From Stylophora pistillata (taxonomy: Eukaryota): 64,000 nucleotides of DNA. Where the stretch lies: NCBI RefSeq assembly GCF_002571385.2, contig NW_019217860.1:514856-578855 (forward strand). The letters are read 5' to 3'. The notes under the pieces were generated by a model. That model saw only the letters and a list, made by a program, of their open reading frames with translations, was not told the origin of the DNA and did not search any database. Of this stretch, positions 1-13,911 are shown in pieces; the first letter of the stretch is position 1, and every line of letters starts with the position of its first letter. Made by a program: the position numbers and the translations under genes.

Positions 1-415
1 CATTTATGCAATAGCGAAAATCAGACCTGAAAAAAAAATCAGGTTTGTACGGGACTCGAACCACTGACCTCTGCGATACTAGTGCAGCGCTCTTCCAATT
101 GAACTAACAAGCCAACTGGGAGCAGGCCGTTAAATTGATTCGTAATAAACCCGTGAAAGTGATGAATGAGATGCAATGAATATTTAGAACATAGCTAGCA
201 GAGTCGCGCATTCAAATTCATTATACGTAAGCGTGNNNNNNNNNNNNNNNNNNNNNNNNNNNNNNNNNNNNNNNNNNNNNNNNNNNNAGAGCGCTGCACT
301 AGTATCGCAGAGGTCAGTGGTTCGAGTCCCGTACAAACCTGATTTTTTTCAGGTCTGATTTTCGCTATTGCATAAATAGCGCTATCTACTGCGAGGATCG
401 CACATCATACGTATA
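1..415. repeat. tRNA-derived ~250-bp repeat family; two copies in inverted orientation around an assembly gap
   Basis: 41-113 is the reverse complement of a tRNA-like GGCTTGTTAG..TTCGAGTCCCGTAC sequence. 288-415 is the same unit on the plus strand. The same family occurs at 57245-57990 and 63680-64000. Confidence 0.85.
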
Positions 416-482
416 ATAGATCTTGTCATCTATTCTCATCAATAACGGCCATAGAAGACTTAGTGTTTCCATATAAGTAATA

Positions 483-3400
483 CCTGGAGATGTTCATTGT
501 CTTTGAGGTCCTGGGTAGCAATGTAATCGAACTCTGGAGAAAACACGACAAACGCGACACCCAAACAGTTCATGGCAAGTGTCCTCAGGAGTTTTGCTGT
601 AACACAAGTAAGCTCTTAGGATACTATAAACTTAATTTACAACTTTCTTTTTTAATCTAGCCATGCACACAACACAAAACAAACTTCATGGTTCAGATGG
701 CGAAAAAGCTTATATCCGAACATCACTTTCTGTTGTTTTTGTTTCTTTCCCTTACCCGCTTTTTTCTCTCATTTTTCTTTTGCACCGTTCCAAACGCTTA
801 ATGGTATATATATGGTGATGAGAGACCCCACTTACCACTCTGAATATTCCATATGTAAGTTCCATTCGACAGCACTGCTCCTAACTTGGCACCGTTCTTC
901 GAAAAACTTATGGTAGCGCCATCCATTTTCGGAGCGGTCTTCTTACCAGTCTCGAAGACCCTCACGTCCTGATTGAAGTAAAAGAAAATAAATTCATACC
1001 TATTGAAAAGCTTTGAATTCAAAAACTGCGAGACGAAAGTCATTGCCAACCTTATGAGATTTCGGGTTCCACAAATACATCTTGTCTGATCCAAATGCTA
1101 ACGAGTTGCCATCTGGAGAGATTGCCAGAACTTTTGGCCTTCTCTGTAAAAAAAAAAAAAATAGCCGGGCATCAAGCAAAAGTCCTTTTAACCCACTCTT
1201 CGGACAATTTTTTTCTCTTGTTTTTTTTTTTTTTTTTCATATATTAAGTTCTACCAAAAAAAGGAAATTTAACAAGCTTGCTTTGATTAATTTTATTTAA
1301 ATATATATTGTCGCTCAAGTGATTCCCTTTTATCGTAGATGCAATGGGAAATTATTTGTATGCTCAATTTAAATCGTGGAAGAAATAGATTGCCAAGGCT
1401 GTCAATCCTCTCTGATCCGCAAAAGTTCAAAATTGTGACTGCAACCTGCCCAGCAGGCGATCCACCAAAACACTAAAACTAAGACTCGTAAACACTCACC
1501 GGGAGTTCTTCTTTCATAACAGGCTGTCCGTTAGAGGAAGGTGAAGTACTATAGGAACGTAGCTTACCATGCGCTGTTGCCAGAAATATCTACCGTGAAA
1601 GTATATTTATTCAGTTTTAGAACGACATAGTTCTAAAAAATAGAAATAGTAAGAAAACATAACAATGATAGGCAAAAATAACAAGATTACATCTACCGCC
1701 ATTAATATCCTCTCTGTCGATTTACCTCCCAAGCCTTGCCTTTCTTGGTACTAACAATGCTTGCTTTATCGTCAATGTCGCAGTCAACATTTATCTCTTG
1801 AAGAGTTGTCCCTTTTATAAACAATTGTTTATAAAATAAGTAATACAAATGTCATGGACTAAACGAATATTCATATCAATATATAAACTTAGGAACGCTG
1901 TAATTGCTAAAATTGAGTCTTCTCGTTGTCTTGTTTTCAGTCCACACGCAGCGAGAGGGCGCAACACGATGTAAAATAAGAACAAAACAAGTTCTATGAA
2001 ACGCACCAACTGCATTTGATAAATTAAAAACCTTTGTGTTCGCTGCAAAAGCGTAGATAGCTGGCACCTTTACTTGCAACCTTTGTATGGAGGTGAGGGT
2101 AGGGTTTTTATCATACCTTCATGTTTACCACCAGTGCCCAGGCCGAAACGGAAAATGGAGTGCGAACCAGCGACTGCAACCCAGTGGCATTGGTCTATGC
2201 TGGCGGGAAACGATATCACGTGACATTCGCAATACTTTGTCATGACGGTATAGCCACTTGCGACCTAAAGAGAAAGCATATGAAAGTCTTAGCTTGTCTA
2301 TGTTTTACATAGAACCAAACAGAAAAAAATTCATCCGAAAGTATGTCAAAGATAATGTTCTTTATGAATCAGCCTTGCAAACTAGAAACAATTCATGCAC
2401 GAGTGGCAAAAGGAGAAAAGGAACCCTGCAGAAAACTTTAACGCAAAAATCTGATGAATCACTTTACATTATCTCTAGTCACACAATATCACAGCAGATA
2501 CGTTACACTATGTTATCTTTTATGGTCACATCTATGCTTTATGTCGATTAGGTCGTAAATTCAAACTCGATACTAACCATAAATACACGCAACACCCCAT
2601 CTGTAGCGTACGTGGCCAGATATTTGCAGCCTTTGGAGAAAACACATCTCCTGACTCCTGCTGGATGCTTAAATGATGCTACGTTGATCTTGCGAGACTC
2701 CATTTTCGTTAAATCTCTCCAAAGAGTGATCTTAGCGCCTTCATGTTTGCTGGCTGTTTCCAAATATTTCTTGGTAAAGAAAAGTAGAACAGTCAATAAA
2801 AGAGGGAAAATTCAAAGTTCTCTACTGTATTCCTGATTCAATTTTCGTAGTTTCCCTTTAATTCGAAGGCCCTCTTGTTACGGATTTTACGGATCAACTT
2901 CATTATCTGAGAAACGATGCACCTGCCCCCGCCCCCCCCCCCCAACTCCAACAACAGTCATCTGATAACAAGTTAGGGTTTATGACTGATTAGGAGAGGG
3001 GTAGGTGCGTAGTTGTTCAGATACTGACAGGTTCTAATGTTACCGAAATTGCATGGAGCATTAAAAGACATCTCGTTTTAATCGTAGCTATATATTGTGA
3101 TGAAGGTCATTCTTTGTTGTCAGCTTTTGCTTTTGTGGCGGATCATCTCGTATAACCAACATCAGTGTTGCTGAGCGTAGACTACTACTGTACAGTATGT
3201 AAATTAAGTAGTGGCGTATCTAACCTTAGCCATAGTAGCGCAATATGAAATATCGGGTTCATTGAGACAAAGCTGTGGTACCAGCTCAGGGAACTGACTC
3301 AGTTGTTGAGCATTGGCTCGAATACAACTGTACACGTCTTCTATCATGGCTGACTTGTCATTGCTGCACTTCAAGGAAGCCTAGAAATGAGGGAAGTAAA

Positions 3401-6400
3401 GAAAAAATTCCAAAGATGAGGTCAATTCAAATGCTGTGATCTAGTAATCGATTCCCTAGAAACTAGGTCGGGAGACTTCCCCTTTTCACGCCACGAAAAA
3501 GCAGCTCTGTAACAACAACGACAAGATAGGTATTGCCTTGAATACAGATTGAGTAGATTGGTGTCCAGCGATCGCTCCAAGCGGAGCAGTTAATATAAAC
3601 GAACAGTGGTCGAAGTCATCACGATGAACACAACTAAAGAAATGATGTAGAAATTCATTTAAAATCGATGACTTCACATCTCTAGTATCTCTGTAATCGT
3701 AGATATTTAACATTGCAAAAACATGGATTCTATTGTTAACAGTTTTCCCATTCAGTATAACCTACCTCAGAGAGTTCAAGAGTCAGTTCGAATGCTTTTC
3801 CAGCCTTACACTTTGCCATCAGCCATGGAATCTGACACACAATCTAGAAGATAAAAAGCAATCCTTCAGATCACGTCACTATTCTTAATAGCGTTGGTTG
3901 ACGAACACTAAGTGGTCATTAGTGTTGAGGTTTGTGGCTATAAGTTTGGTTAAATTTCCAGCAGAGAAGAACAAATTGTTAGAGTTACAAGAGAAATAGC
4001 CGGTAGGTAAAAAATAGGAACCGCGATAAACAATATATTGTCGAGTGCGACCTTTCCTTGACAAACATATAATTGTGAGGATCCCTTAAGTTTTGCGAAC
4101 CTTTTTTTTTTTTTTTTTCTTTCCATGATATTCCTCTTTCGGTTCAACATGATGCATGAGAAGTGAAGAGAGGAGAGCGTGGTAAAAAAGAAATAAAAGC
4201 GTTATTTGGAAATATAACAACAGACCTCCACAAATTCATTCCACATGTCACATCTGATCAAATAGTAAGGTAGCTCGCTTAACTTGCGCAAGTTGTATCT
4301 TGGTCTATTCCCTTCATTTTCGGAATCCATGCTATCTTCTGAGTCTTCAGTACTTAATAACAACGGCTGATCTGCCACTATTCTGAATGCACTTCTTCTT
4401 GTTCTGTCTTTGTCTGTGTATGGCTTTGCTTCCCGCGCCCACCTTTAAAGTAGAAAATTATTAAATCCCCTTCCAACGGCTGAGAGGACTTCAAGGAGGA
4501 ATTTTTTTAGTAATGTTGCTACTAAATTATTTCAAATTGCTTCACTGCCTTGTGTCAGTTTTAGAGGGTTGATAAAGAGAGCAATGATTATATGACAAAA
4601 AGTTCTTACTCAGTCTTACTCAGTGAATGACGCACACAATTTCGAAAAGAAACAAATTCCGAATGTTCACAGTAGGAGTTGAGTATACGACCTTCCGACT
4701 ACTACCGACTACTACCGACTAATACCGACTATATACCGACTAATACCGACTACTACCGACTAATACCGACTACTACCGACTAATACCGACTACTACCGAC
4801 TAATACCGACTACTACCGACTAATACCGACTACTACCGACTAATACTGACTACTACCGATTATAGGAGAACCGTGATAGGCTAAGCTGTTCAAGCTGGTC
4901 CATGTTGACATTGATCATCTTTATTACAAGAAATGTGGTTTAAGCTTTCATGGATGACGCTTGAATTTAGTCCCCTAACTCGGCAATTTAATTTCGATCA
5001 TACCTGGTTCTATTTCCTCTAACGCGGAAACGACTATCTTAAACTCGCACACAGATAAGTTCATCATTCTTATTTCACACATAAAAAATTTACGTGGCTT
5101 TTCATGCATTTTTATCACCCATTTCCTATAATTGTGTCAGAATGTCAGTGCTTGAATCAGAATGCCACTGAACACGTTGGTTACATTACCGTTAGCGTCT
5201 TATCGTATCGAATACCTGCCACTGAAGTAATTTGCTAAATCCCTGTGAAGCGAGTCTGTGAAGGGCTTATCACTCAAAAAATAACTCCTTGCTGCCTCCA
5301 GGAACAGTCTGTGATACCACTTGTATACCACGTGACCATCTGCGGCTACCTTCACCAGATAACTGCCTGCAAGAGAAGAAGTAACGATGCTTACCCTAAA
5401 GTCCAAACGGCCCTCAAGTAAGAAATTATTTTGCTATCACTCACTTAGTCTATCCCCTAGAATAAATCAATTAAGCCAATCGGATCTCACAGTCCTGCTT
5501 ACTAAATTAAAAAGTTTTTCGGAATTTAAATCTTTTCCCTCTATTTGAACCCAGGGATATTATAAACATCATATTAACCTCGTAAGTTACGGAACCTAAT
5601 TCTTTCTCGCTTCGCGCTTGCGCCATAAATCCAAGCGGAAATAAGACAATAAGTAAGTTACAATAAGAACCTCGAGCTCGCTTAGATAGAAGAATTAAAA
5701 CAGTCAGTCTCTTGGATTTTCTCAGATTGTAAAAACTAGGGTGAGCGCCTCCTTACGTAGTCTTTTCTTTTGTCAGAAGAAAGCAAGAGTGTACTGGTGG
5801 CCAAATGAACAAACTGTAGCGAGTTTCAGTAGAGCAGCAAGTTTAATCGGTGACCCATTATTACTGGCACTACCATGATGTTGGTCTTGAAAGCTGCCTT
5901 TTATAATTACTTAAGGTTAGGTATTGAGTATCTGTTTAACTTAAATTTCAAAGTAAACATCCATAATTTCAAAACTTTTCCCTTTTTTGTATTACATGTA
6001 AACCTCTCACCTAAATCGTTGCGGAGTCGAGTCCACAGAAGAGGTGGCAGCCTTCTGATTGGTGAAACGTGGTATTTAAAGACCTCATCAGAGAGTACGA
6101 TATCATCACATGATAAGATATCTTCCAGTTCTGACTTCGAAAGACCTGTTTTAGAGGCTGTGATGTAACCTAGAGCCCTACGGACAAACTGTTCCCCATG
6201 CTCTGTGATCAAGCTGAAATATCAAAAACTTGATTCATTAATTTAAAGACAGGAAAACATAGATTTTTCAACAAACTTGCATTTAGTGGGGGCCTCATGA
6301 ATTTCAGTTTAGGACATGGTCATTGAATAGCACTTTAAGTGGGAACGGGGGGTGATCAAGAGACTATGGAAAATTTATTTCCAACGAAGGAGGGAGGAAT

Positions 6401-9213
6401 TTACAAGGAAAATTATCTATGACCTGCCATTGCTGTAGCTGATGCTCGGAAGAACTTGGAAATTTGATAGATCTGGGAAATGTGCTCCATTAAGTAAAGC
6501 TATATACTAAAAGCTGTAATTTTCAGGAAACGGGATATTGAAAGCGTTACAGTCCAATTTAGAGGAGAGAAAATTAATTAGGCTTACAGACCCCGAGGAA
6601 AGTTCCCAGTAGGTTATTGGTCATATGTTTTTATATGAGCATGCAGGTTGTACAACAGGGTTTAGGTTCAAGTTTAAGTTTAGTTTAAGTTTAATTCATT
6701 CGCCACAGGAATGGCAGGAGAAAGGAACAGAAATTTCGTTCCAAGTGACACCTAACCCCTTTATTACCCACCAATCCCACCCCGGGAAGGACATCCATCA
6801 CACAGTAATCTCGTGTGTGAGAAATTAACGTCTCCTACTCCAACCCTGCAGGAGACGGGACCTCCATTTATCGTCCCTATCCGAGAAGACTAGAATATCT
6901 AACCATTTGCAGGTATTATTACAAAGGCAGCACTTTCTTCTCAGTTAATTAAAGACCCTGAGTGTTGGTCCGGCCGGATTTGAACTCACGACCTCCCGCA
7001 CAACAGTCCGGCGCTCTACCAATTGCGCTAACCGGGAAGCGGGTAACCACCACAATGGGTGGTAAAGTATTTGAAAAGGAGTTATAGGAGAAATTTGAAA
7101 CTCACGAACCGTTCAAAAAGTTGTATGATCAGCTCTGTCGCAGTCGGTCTTAATTCCTTGTGTGTGTTTTCAGAGAAAGATTTCCAACGAAGAGCTGTGT
7201 CACAAGCAAGTTTCATGTAAAGTGCTGTTGGTTTAGAACAGGTTTCTAATACTTGGGACCTTTGCTGTGCTGTGAGTTTCCTGCGAAGGTTGATTATCAA
7301 ATCTGTAAATAACATAATTGAGAAGGACCCAAGATGTGTCTGTACATACACATCACATTGCCTTTTTATGCAGAAGTAAATTTCTGCACCTGTTATATTG
7401 GACCTGAACGAAACGAAATACGACATTTATAGAAGATTGTCAGTCTGCAAAATATTCAATTGCTATCTATATTTCTGGTAGTTTTTCTGGTTCTGAACAA
7501 AAAATTGAAATTTTTTTATTTAAGCTAGGTTCAGAATCTCCAAGGCAATGTGAATTTTTTTCCTCATATCAGAGTTAGAATAAAGAAGTAGGCTATGAGT
7601 AATGTTGTTACCTATAAACGTTTTGTTTCATAAGTTTGGAAAAAAAAAACTTACTAACAATGGATTGAGAACTTAGTCTGCTTAATAGTGAAAGCATACC
7701 TTTTCTCTTTTTCTAATCTCATATCTAGAATGCTTTCAGCGTCACTTGATTCCAAGGATGAAACCTTCAGAAAGCAATGAGTATGCAAAATCAAAGACAA
7801 TAACGTGTGATTCATGTCACAGTTTACGGTAAGCTTATTAATGGAGTCATTAAAAGAAAGAATGATGTGATCATTGGAAATAAAGATAGTTTGGCCATCA
7901 AGGATCGAAGTGAACAAGATCACAGCTTGTAGATTTAACATCTTTACGCTGATTTCTTTATGCTGAAGGTCATCATGGGTCAACCTCCTGCATTTTTTAT
8001 CATCCACTTTCCTCCTTCTCCTTTTTTTTTTTTTTTTGGACTCGTCATCATTTTCTAGTTTCACTTAGCTAATCTTTCGCTGTTTTATCAGAGCTGAAAA
8101 TAGTTCTATGCGTCGCAGAAAAATAATTCAAGTCGCTTTATGGTGCCTACCTTAATATTTAATTAGATTCTAATTGCTACAACCGCGGAATGAAATGCTT
8201 CCTCCGCCAGTTCATATCATATGCAATGTTCCAGAGAAGAAAATGTGTTACAATGAACTTACCTCAAGATAAAATTCAGCATTGTTTTCTGGTTTTAGTT
8301 TGGTTTTTAGTACAGCAAGGCACCCTCCTGTATTGGGAAGGGTGCTCACCACAATGTGGACATTATTTGGCAAGCTCATTGGAAGCCATCTTAAGGCACG
8401 TCCGTCATCTTGGTCTGACAGCTGGTCCAGTGAGTCGAGAAATAAAACTGAAAGATTTGAGTTTGTATTAAAGTAGCAGTGTCACATGATTTAGTTGTTA
8501 AAATGTGTGCGCATTGAAACTAGGATGTTTGGTATGTATTACCTATTGGCTTTTCTGGTGTGGCTCTTTGGAGAAGAGAGCGAAATGTTGCCACTAGCCG
8601 CTCACAGTTGTCTGTAATAACTGTTGATGTATCGTTCAACACCAAGCACATCTGCAATTATAAAGAAAATTCATAGAATGACACAAAACTAATCAGTAAG
8701 GATTAGGCTTGGTGATGTAATTTAACGCAAACAAAAAACCGAAAGAATCCCAGTGGTTAATCAGAGAAAAATATGCATAACTCGTAACTAGAAGAATCTG
8801 ATCATTTTTACAGACAGCATATGTAACTAGCTCCAGCGAGAGACAATGAAATTTACTTAGAAAGGATTGGTTTTACTCCTGTCTTCTTGCGGTTTGTTTG
8901 AAAACTGATCTAAATTCATGATTCCTTTCGAATGCACTCACGAAAGTGCTCTATGAAGTCATTTTTAATAGTGCCGGCCAGATAACCTGGTTATGCCCGT
9001 ATAGATTGGGATTGGAGGTGTCTTTTTTTGCCACCCAACCAAACCTTTGATCATTGAGAACATACCTGCTGACACAAACTTCTCAACAGAGATCTTACAT
9101 CAGATGAGAAAGGTGAAGTGCCTATGAATCGTATGAAATGAAATGGCCTACAAAATAAAATACGTTACGTTGACATATAGCTTGCAGTGATTGTAGGCAA
9201 TACCAAGCGAATC

Positions 9214-9249
<36 letters not shown>

Positions 9250-12200
9250 GCCCATCATGTCCGCTCGTGACTGGCAGCTTTTGTCCGACGCGAGAAAGCA
9301 AATTGCTTGAAATAAACTTATAAAAGTCTTCGTAATTTTTGAAGAGTATCGGGGGTGCAGTCGCTAAAAGCGGTAGAAGACTTTCAAAATAGATGAATCA
9401 TAAACGATTCTCGTGGGTTTATTGTGCTACAAAAATGACAATTGGCTTTAGTTCCCGTCTCTAAAAATAAACAAATAATTCTTGATTCTTGATTTTCGGG
9501 GCCAGCAACGAGAATTTATCCGCTTCTGGAAAACATCCACCATACATTAGGAATGTCAAATTATAAGCCACTATTGCACAGTATTCTACTCGTATATAAC
9601 CAAGAGAATTTAAACTGGTCGATATTCTCATGATATTACAAAACTATTACCTTCCAGTCTCTACTCCACTCCAATCTTCAATAGACATGTTGAACACTTT
9701 GGCCATAAGGGACGTTTTTCCACATCCAGAAATACCATGGACAACAAAGGGCTAAATTGAAATGGCGTTTTAGTTTGTAAGTAATGTGTCAGACACAAGA
9801 GACAATGGTTGATTCTGACTCGTTCCACTCTACAGATGTTAGGGATCTTAAGGAAACCACGAAGGCGACGGCAACGGGGACGCCGAGACAGAACAAAAGA
9901 TCTAATGGGCAGAACAATAGCATAGCAAGGGCATTTTTAAACATTGCACTTTCTTAGCCCTCCTCTGTAACACAACGTGATATCACCAAAACTTGCATGT
10001 TCTAAGAACGGAAACCCGACGACAATTATATAAATTTCCATTTGGGACTCAATGTAGCCCACATACGTAATACTGAAATTGAGGTGGGGAACCTTAGGAG
10101 ACGGCAAACACGTCGATTAGAGAAATTCTAACTTGAAATTAAATCGAAAGTTTCGGTGTTTATGTCCTAAGTGCAGAAGGTCATCACTGACTCATGGAGT
10201 TACGTTAAAGGAAAGGATAACAGGCCTTGATTTTCGGTGATAAGGTTAACGTTGAACAAATATTGTACGAGAAGTCGTCACCAACCTTTCCACCATTATC
10301 CATCTTCAGGTAAGCTTCCATCTGAAAAGATGAACGAGCAGACTTTCATTTTAACACAAAGAAGCCAGAGTGTGTGGAATGACTAAGGTTGGCTTTTGGG
10401 AAAAGCAGTTACCTTTTTCAGAAAAAGTTTCCTGCCAACAAATGCCTCTGTCCTTTTCTCTGCCATTGTCGCGTGGTTAAGAACCTCGAGATACAAGGGG
10501 TCATCGATCACTTTATGTTTAGCTACAGCTGTAAGAAAAGAGTTGTACAACGGAATTAACTCAATGATACAAATATACCGTTAATTAGCCTAATGCAAAA
10601 TACTGTACTATTGATACGGTCATGACTGGGCGAATTAGAGATTGAGTCACTTGAGGTTAGATTGTAATTATAAACATTTCCAATATTTCACCTTCCTGGA
10701 TGGCATCGACCATTAACTGACAGAACTTGTCACAGAAATTCTTTACTTCTTCTTTGTTCTTTTTCACGTCGATATGACCATCTCTTGTAACGTGTAGAGA
10801 CAGGCTATATCTGTAAAACGAAACACCAATGTTTCAATTGTTAACATCTCCACCGGTTACCTTTCTTTCTACAACCACTGTTCAAACGGTTATAGTTTAG
10901 TACCGACGTGTAATGCCATGAATATCGGTGGCTTGTGGAGTACATTAAATTTCAGTCATGGGAAGATCTGCAACCGTATGTCTAGATAATCCTTTGTTAT
11001 CTGGGGTATAGTAGGTTAAAGAATCTGTCTGTGAAGGATCAAGAAATGATGAAACGAGACCAGGAAACTTTAAGCTTGTATAACCCTTCAGTTCTTTCAG
11101 TCGTTCAAACGGGCAGACGATGAGTTTGGGCCGTTCTACAAGAAGCAAATTCTGTTTGTATATTATTATTATGAAAACAAAATTGAAATTCGGCAAACTT
11201 GACATGAAAGCATATGCATAGAGTGACGTTTTTCTGATTCTCCTACCATTCTTATTTCCTCTTTATCATTTCCTCACCTGCAGATGTTGGCATTTGGAAT
11301 AAATTCTTGACAGCTATCTCTAAGCCTCTGTAGCGAACATTTTGCATCATTTCGTTTTGTGGAGTGCGATTGAAACCCGCATTCCTCTACATCTATATAG
11401 CGCTTGGCGAAACCATTGTTATTTGGATCAATCTCGTCTATTCCTTTAAGGGAACGTAAAAAGAGAAACATATAATTGGGATCCATGTCTTCCCCTCTAA
11501 TCCCAGTCATAATTTCCTCCTCTGTCACTGATATTTTAAAATCCTCTTCTGTCATGTTGCAAAGGGAAAAAGCTGAAACGTCTGTCTGACTCGCAGCCTT
11601 TTGTAAAGCTTCTCTCATGGTTACCAAATCCTGCCACCACTGATTTCTTTCCTGTCTTGTCTTGGTCGTCATATCGACTACAGCGGAATTCTTGTAAGCG
11701 TGCGGGTAATATGTTGACACAGGAAGTAGTACGTACGCCGCAGGGAAACTGTTCTCATCCAGTTTGTACCACTTTTCCAACAGTTCAGATGCGCTTTTGC
11801 TGCCTGGCTGACTCTTGACGCTACTTAACAGCATCTGAAACACTTCCTTATCAATTTTGTTCGGGATTGGTCTATAGCCATACTTGTCACCAATAATACA
11901 AACCATGTATGGTCCTATGGACTCCTTCCTAGAATTTGTCAGGAACAGCACGCCAGAATAAATAAATAGATTTTTTAAGACTTTATTCTTGATAAAGAGA
12001 GCATACGCGAGAATCTCACCAATTTCAAACAGTCCATGTAAGGTAAAAGTTTACACCGTTACAATTCTTTCGTTAAACGCTCTTCTTTCTTGACACTTTT
12101 TGTTCATTTTCTCAAAAACCATCTACTTTACGCTCAGATCCTTCGGTATGCATGGAGTTCCGCTGCGGAGAATTCTCTCGCACAGTTTAGCGTGATAACA

Positions 12201-13911
12201 AAAGAGAGACTATGAAATGTTCATTTGTTGATATTGCGTGTATTTGACGAACTGGTTTAAAAACAATGATCAACTTTAACCAGTTTTTGAGTGGTAAGCT
12301 GTATCGATATGCGCAAAATACCGTCACTATTGCAAACTACATCTGGCTGACCCCATTTCCGCTTTCGTTATAAGAGGAAAATATGTAATAAAAATTCTGG
12401 CTCCGGTTGTTCAAAGGGCGGATAACGCTATCCGGCGGATAAATCGCTATCCAGCGGATAAGTGTTACCAAAACGTACTGCGCTCTCCACCGGATAGAGA
12501 TTTATCCAGTGTATAGCGTTATCCATCCTTTGAACAACCGGGGCCTGATCACTCGAACAAGAAAACGGATATCGAAACTAAACGTATTAAGGAAAAAAAA
12601 GTTTTTTTCAAGCTCCACATCTGATTTCAATGTATTGGAATTTTTTTCACAGAAGTTAGGATATCTGTAAGAAAATATTGCCATTAATTAATTAACCTTG
12701 CAGAGTGCTATTTTTTTTTAATCCCCATTAATAGAGCGACTATTAGTAGTTTGCAGTTATGAAACACTCATATGAGCGCATTTTTAGTTGTTGAATAGAT
12801 TTTTTACGATGGAGGCTTCTATCCATTACTGCTCAGAAACATGGCCTAGATCTGGCCAAATTAACAAGTCTTCAATGAAACACTTTGTTTTATCAAATAA
12901 AAAAAGGGAGTAAGTTTCTAAATAAAATTTGGTGCTGCATCGGAGGGTGGTATAACGAGTTAATTTGGTTTCATCAACTGAGTTAATGATACAAACTGGC
13001 CACTCTTTCCGACAAAAAACCCTTTACGGTGGCCAAATTACATTATCAACTCATTTGTAAAATCGAATGATGTTGTTTATCAGCTGGTTTTTTTTTTAAT
13101 AGGTTTACCTAAATTTTCTAAGAGGTAAAATCTGTGCTAAGTATTTTACTTTGAATTAATCTTTGTTTTGTTTTAAAAACTAATCTTTTGTTATTCTGTA
13201 TGAATAAAAAAAAGAGCTTAAAGATACGTTTCATTATGTACCGTGTTGTCTCTAAGCAACGTATTCTTTCAGAATCTTCGACCATTGTTTAAAAGCACTC
13301 AATCCTTACACTGTGCTTCAAAATTCCACTAACACGACAAACGTATTTCTTAATTATGCCATGAAAAATAATCCCCCTCGACCGCTTATCAATTTCATGG
13401 CGAAATTTGTCATTTGTAAACAACAAATCAAAATTGCATACCTGCATCGTTGTACTTCTTTCACACAAATTTCAACTGCTTGATGTTCGTCCGTCATTTC
13501 GTCACGCACTCCCCAGCGCATGTCAGCCACACTGAAATTATAGCCAAGTTGTCGACAAAATTCGCGCAAATATGGATACACGTCTTCCATGAGTAGATCT
13601 CTTTCCCTGCACATGTCCGTAAAAGTTGAACTCAGAAATATAGCGATCTCCCTCGAAGGAATACTCCATCTTGAATCTGGTTTGATTTTCCCTTGTAGCA
13701 GGTTGTTGAAATACTCCATCAACTCTTCGTCTTCGTTTTGAAGTAACTCCTTCCGTTTGCGGTAAATATGCGATGGAGCTTTGCGGAGAATTGTTCTCCA
13801 GGGCTCCCTAACGGAGCGATCGTCTTGCCAAAGCTGCAAAGCCTGACGGAATTTTTGGTTGGCAAGTACAACTCGTCGAAGAGTAGCTGCTTTCGTATTA
13901 CCATTTCCCAT
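483..13911 (-). CDS. NACHT and WD40 repeat protein (NWD1/NWD2/TEP1-like; DUF4062-NACHT-WD40), multi-exon, 3' end beyond the left edge of the window
   Basis: Exon 1 (13911-13442) contains IFLSSTFTDMCRERDLL..DMRWGV, a DUF4062-type motif. Exon 2 is 11928-11278. Further GT-AG exons lie at ~10810-10694, 10528-10413, 10321-10285, 9753-9651 (Walker A GISGCGKT), 9147-9066 (FIRFIGTS), 8652-8543, ~8445-8262 (Walker B VLFLDSLD), 7765-7700, 7281-7110, 6213-6010 (GLSKSELEDILSCDD..RRLPPLLWTRL), 5367-5215 (WYHRLF) and ~4443-4227, 3843-3765, 3380-3225. WD40-like exons run from ~2770 down to ~483 (e.g. VRRCVFSKGCKYLATYATDGVLRVF). Confidence 0.9.
2905..3027. mobile_element. Short degenerate MITE-like hairpin repeat (intronic)
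   Basis: gaaacgatgcacctgccccc ... gaggggtaggtgcgtagttg form imperfect inverted ends. Confidence 0.45.
4696..4862. repeat. 9-bp tandem repeat (ACTACCGAC/AATACCGAC type), about 18 units, inside a degenerate tRNA-headed repeat
   Basis: Direct tandem of (T)ACTACCGAC/(T)AATACCGAC. It is preceded by ggagttgagtatacgaccttccgact, a B-box-like sequence on the minus strand. Confidence 0.85.
6661..7040 (-). mobile_element. tRNA-derived SINE with simple-repeat tail
   Basis: The minus strand starts with tRNA-like A and B boxes (cggttagcgcaattggtagagcg ... gtgagttcaaatcc). The 3' tail is (AAACTT)n-like at 6661-6695. Confidence 0.7.
12397..12548. mobile_element. MITE with terminal inverted repeats and internal TATCC/GGATA repeats
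   Basis: ggctccggttgttcaaaggg ... cctttgaacaaccggggcc inverted termini. Confidence 0.8.

Noticed and set aside
10945-11205. 86-aa minus-strand ORF within the NACHT gene
   Set aside because: The flanking exons (ending 11278, starting ~10810) already join in frame and no motif was recognised. An alternative exon cannot be excluded.
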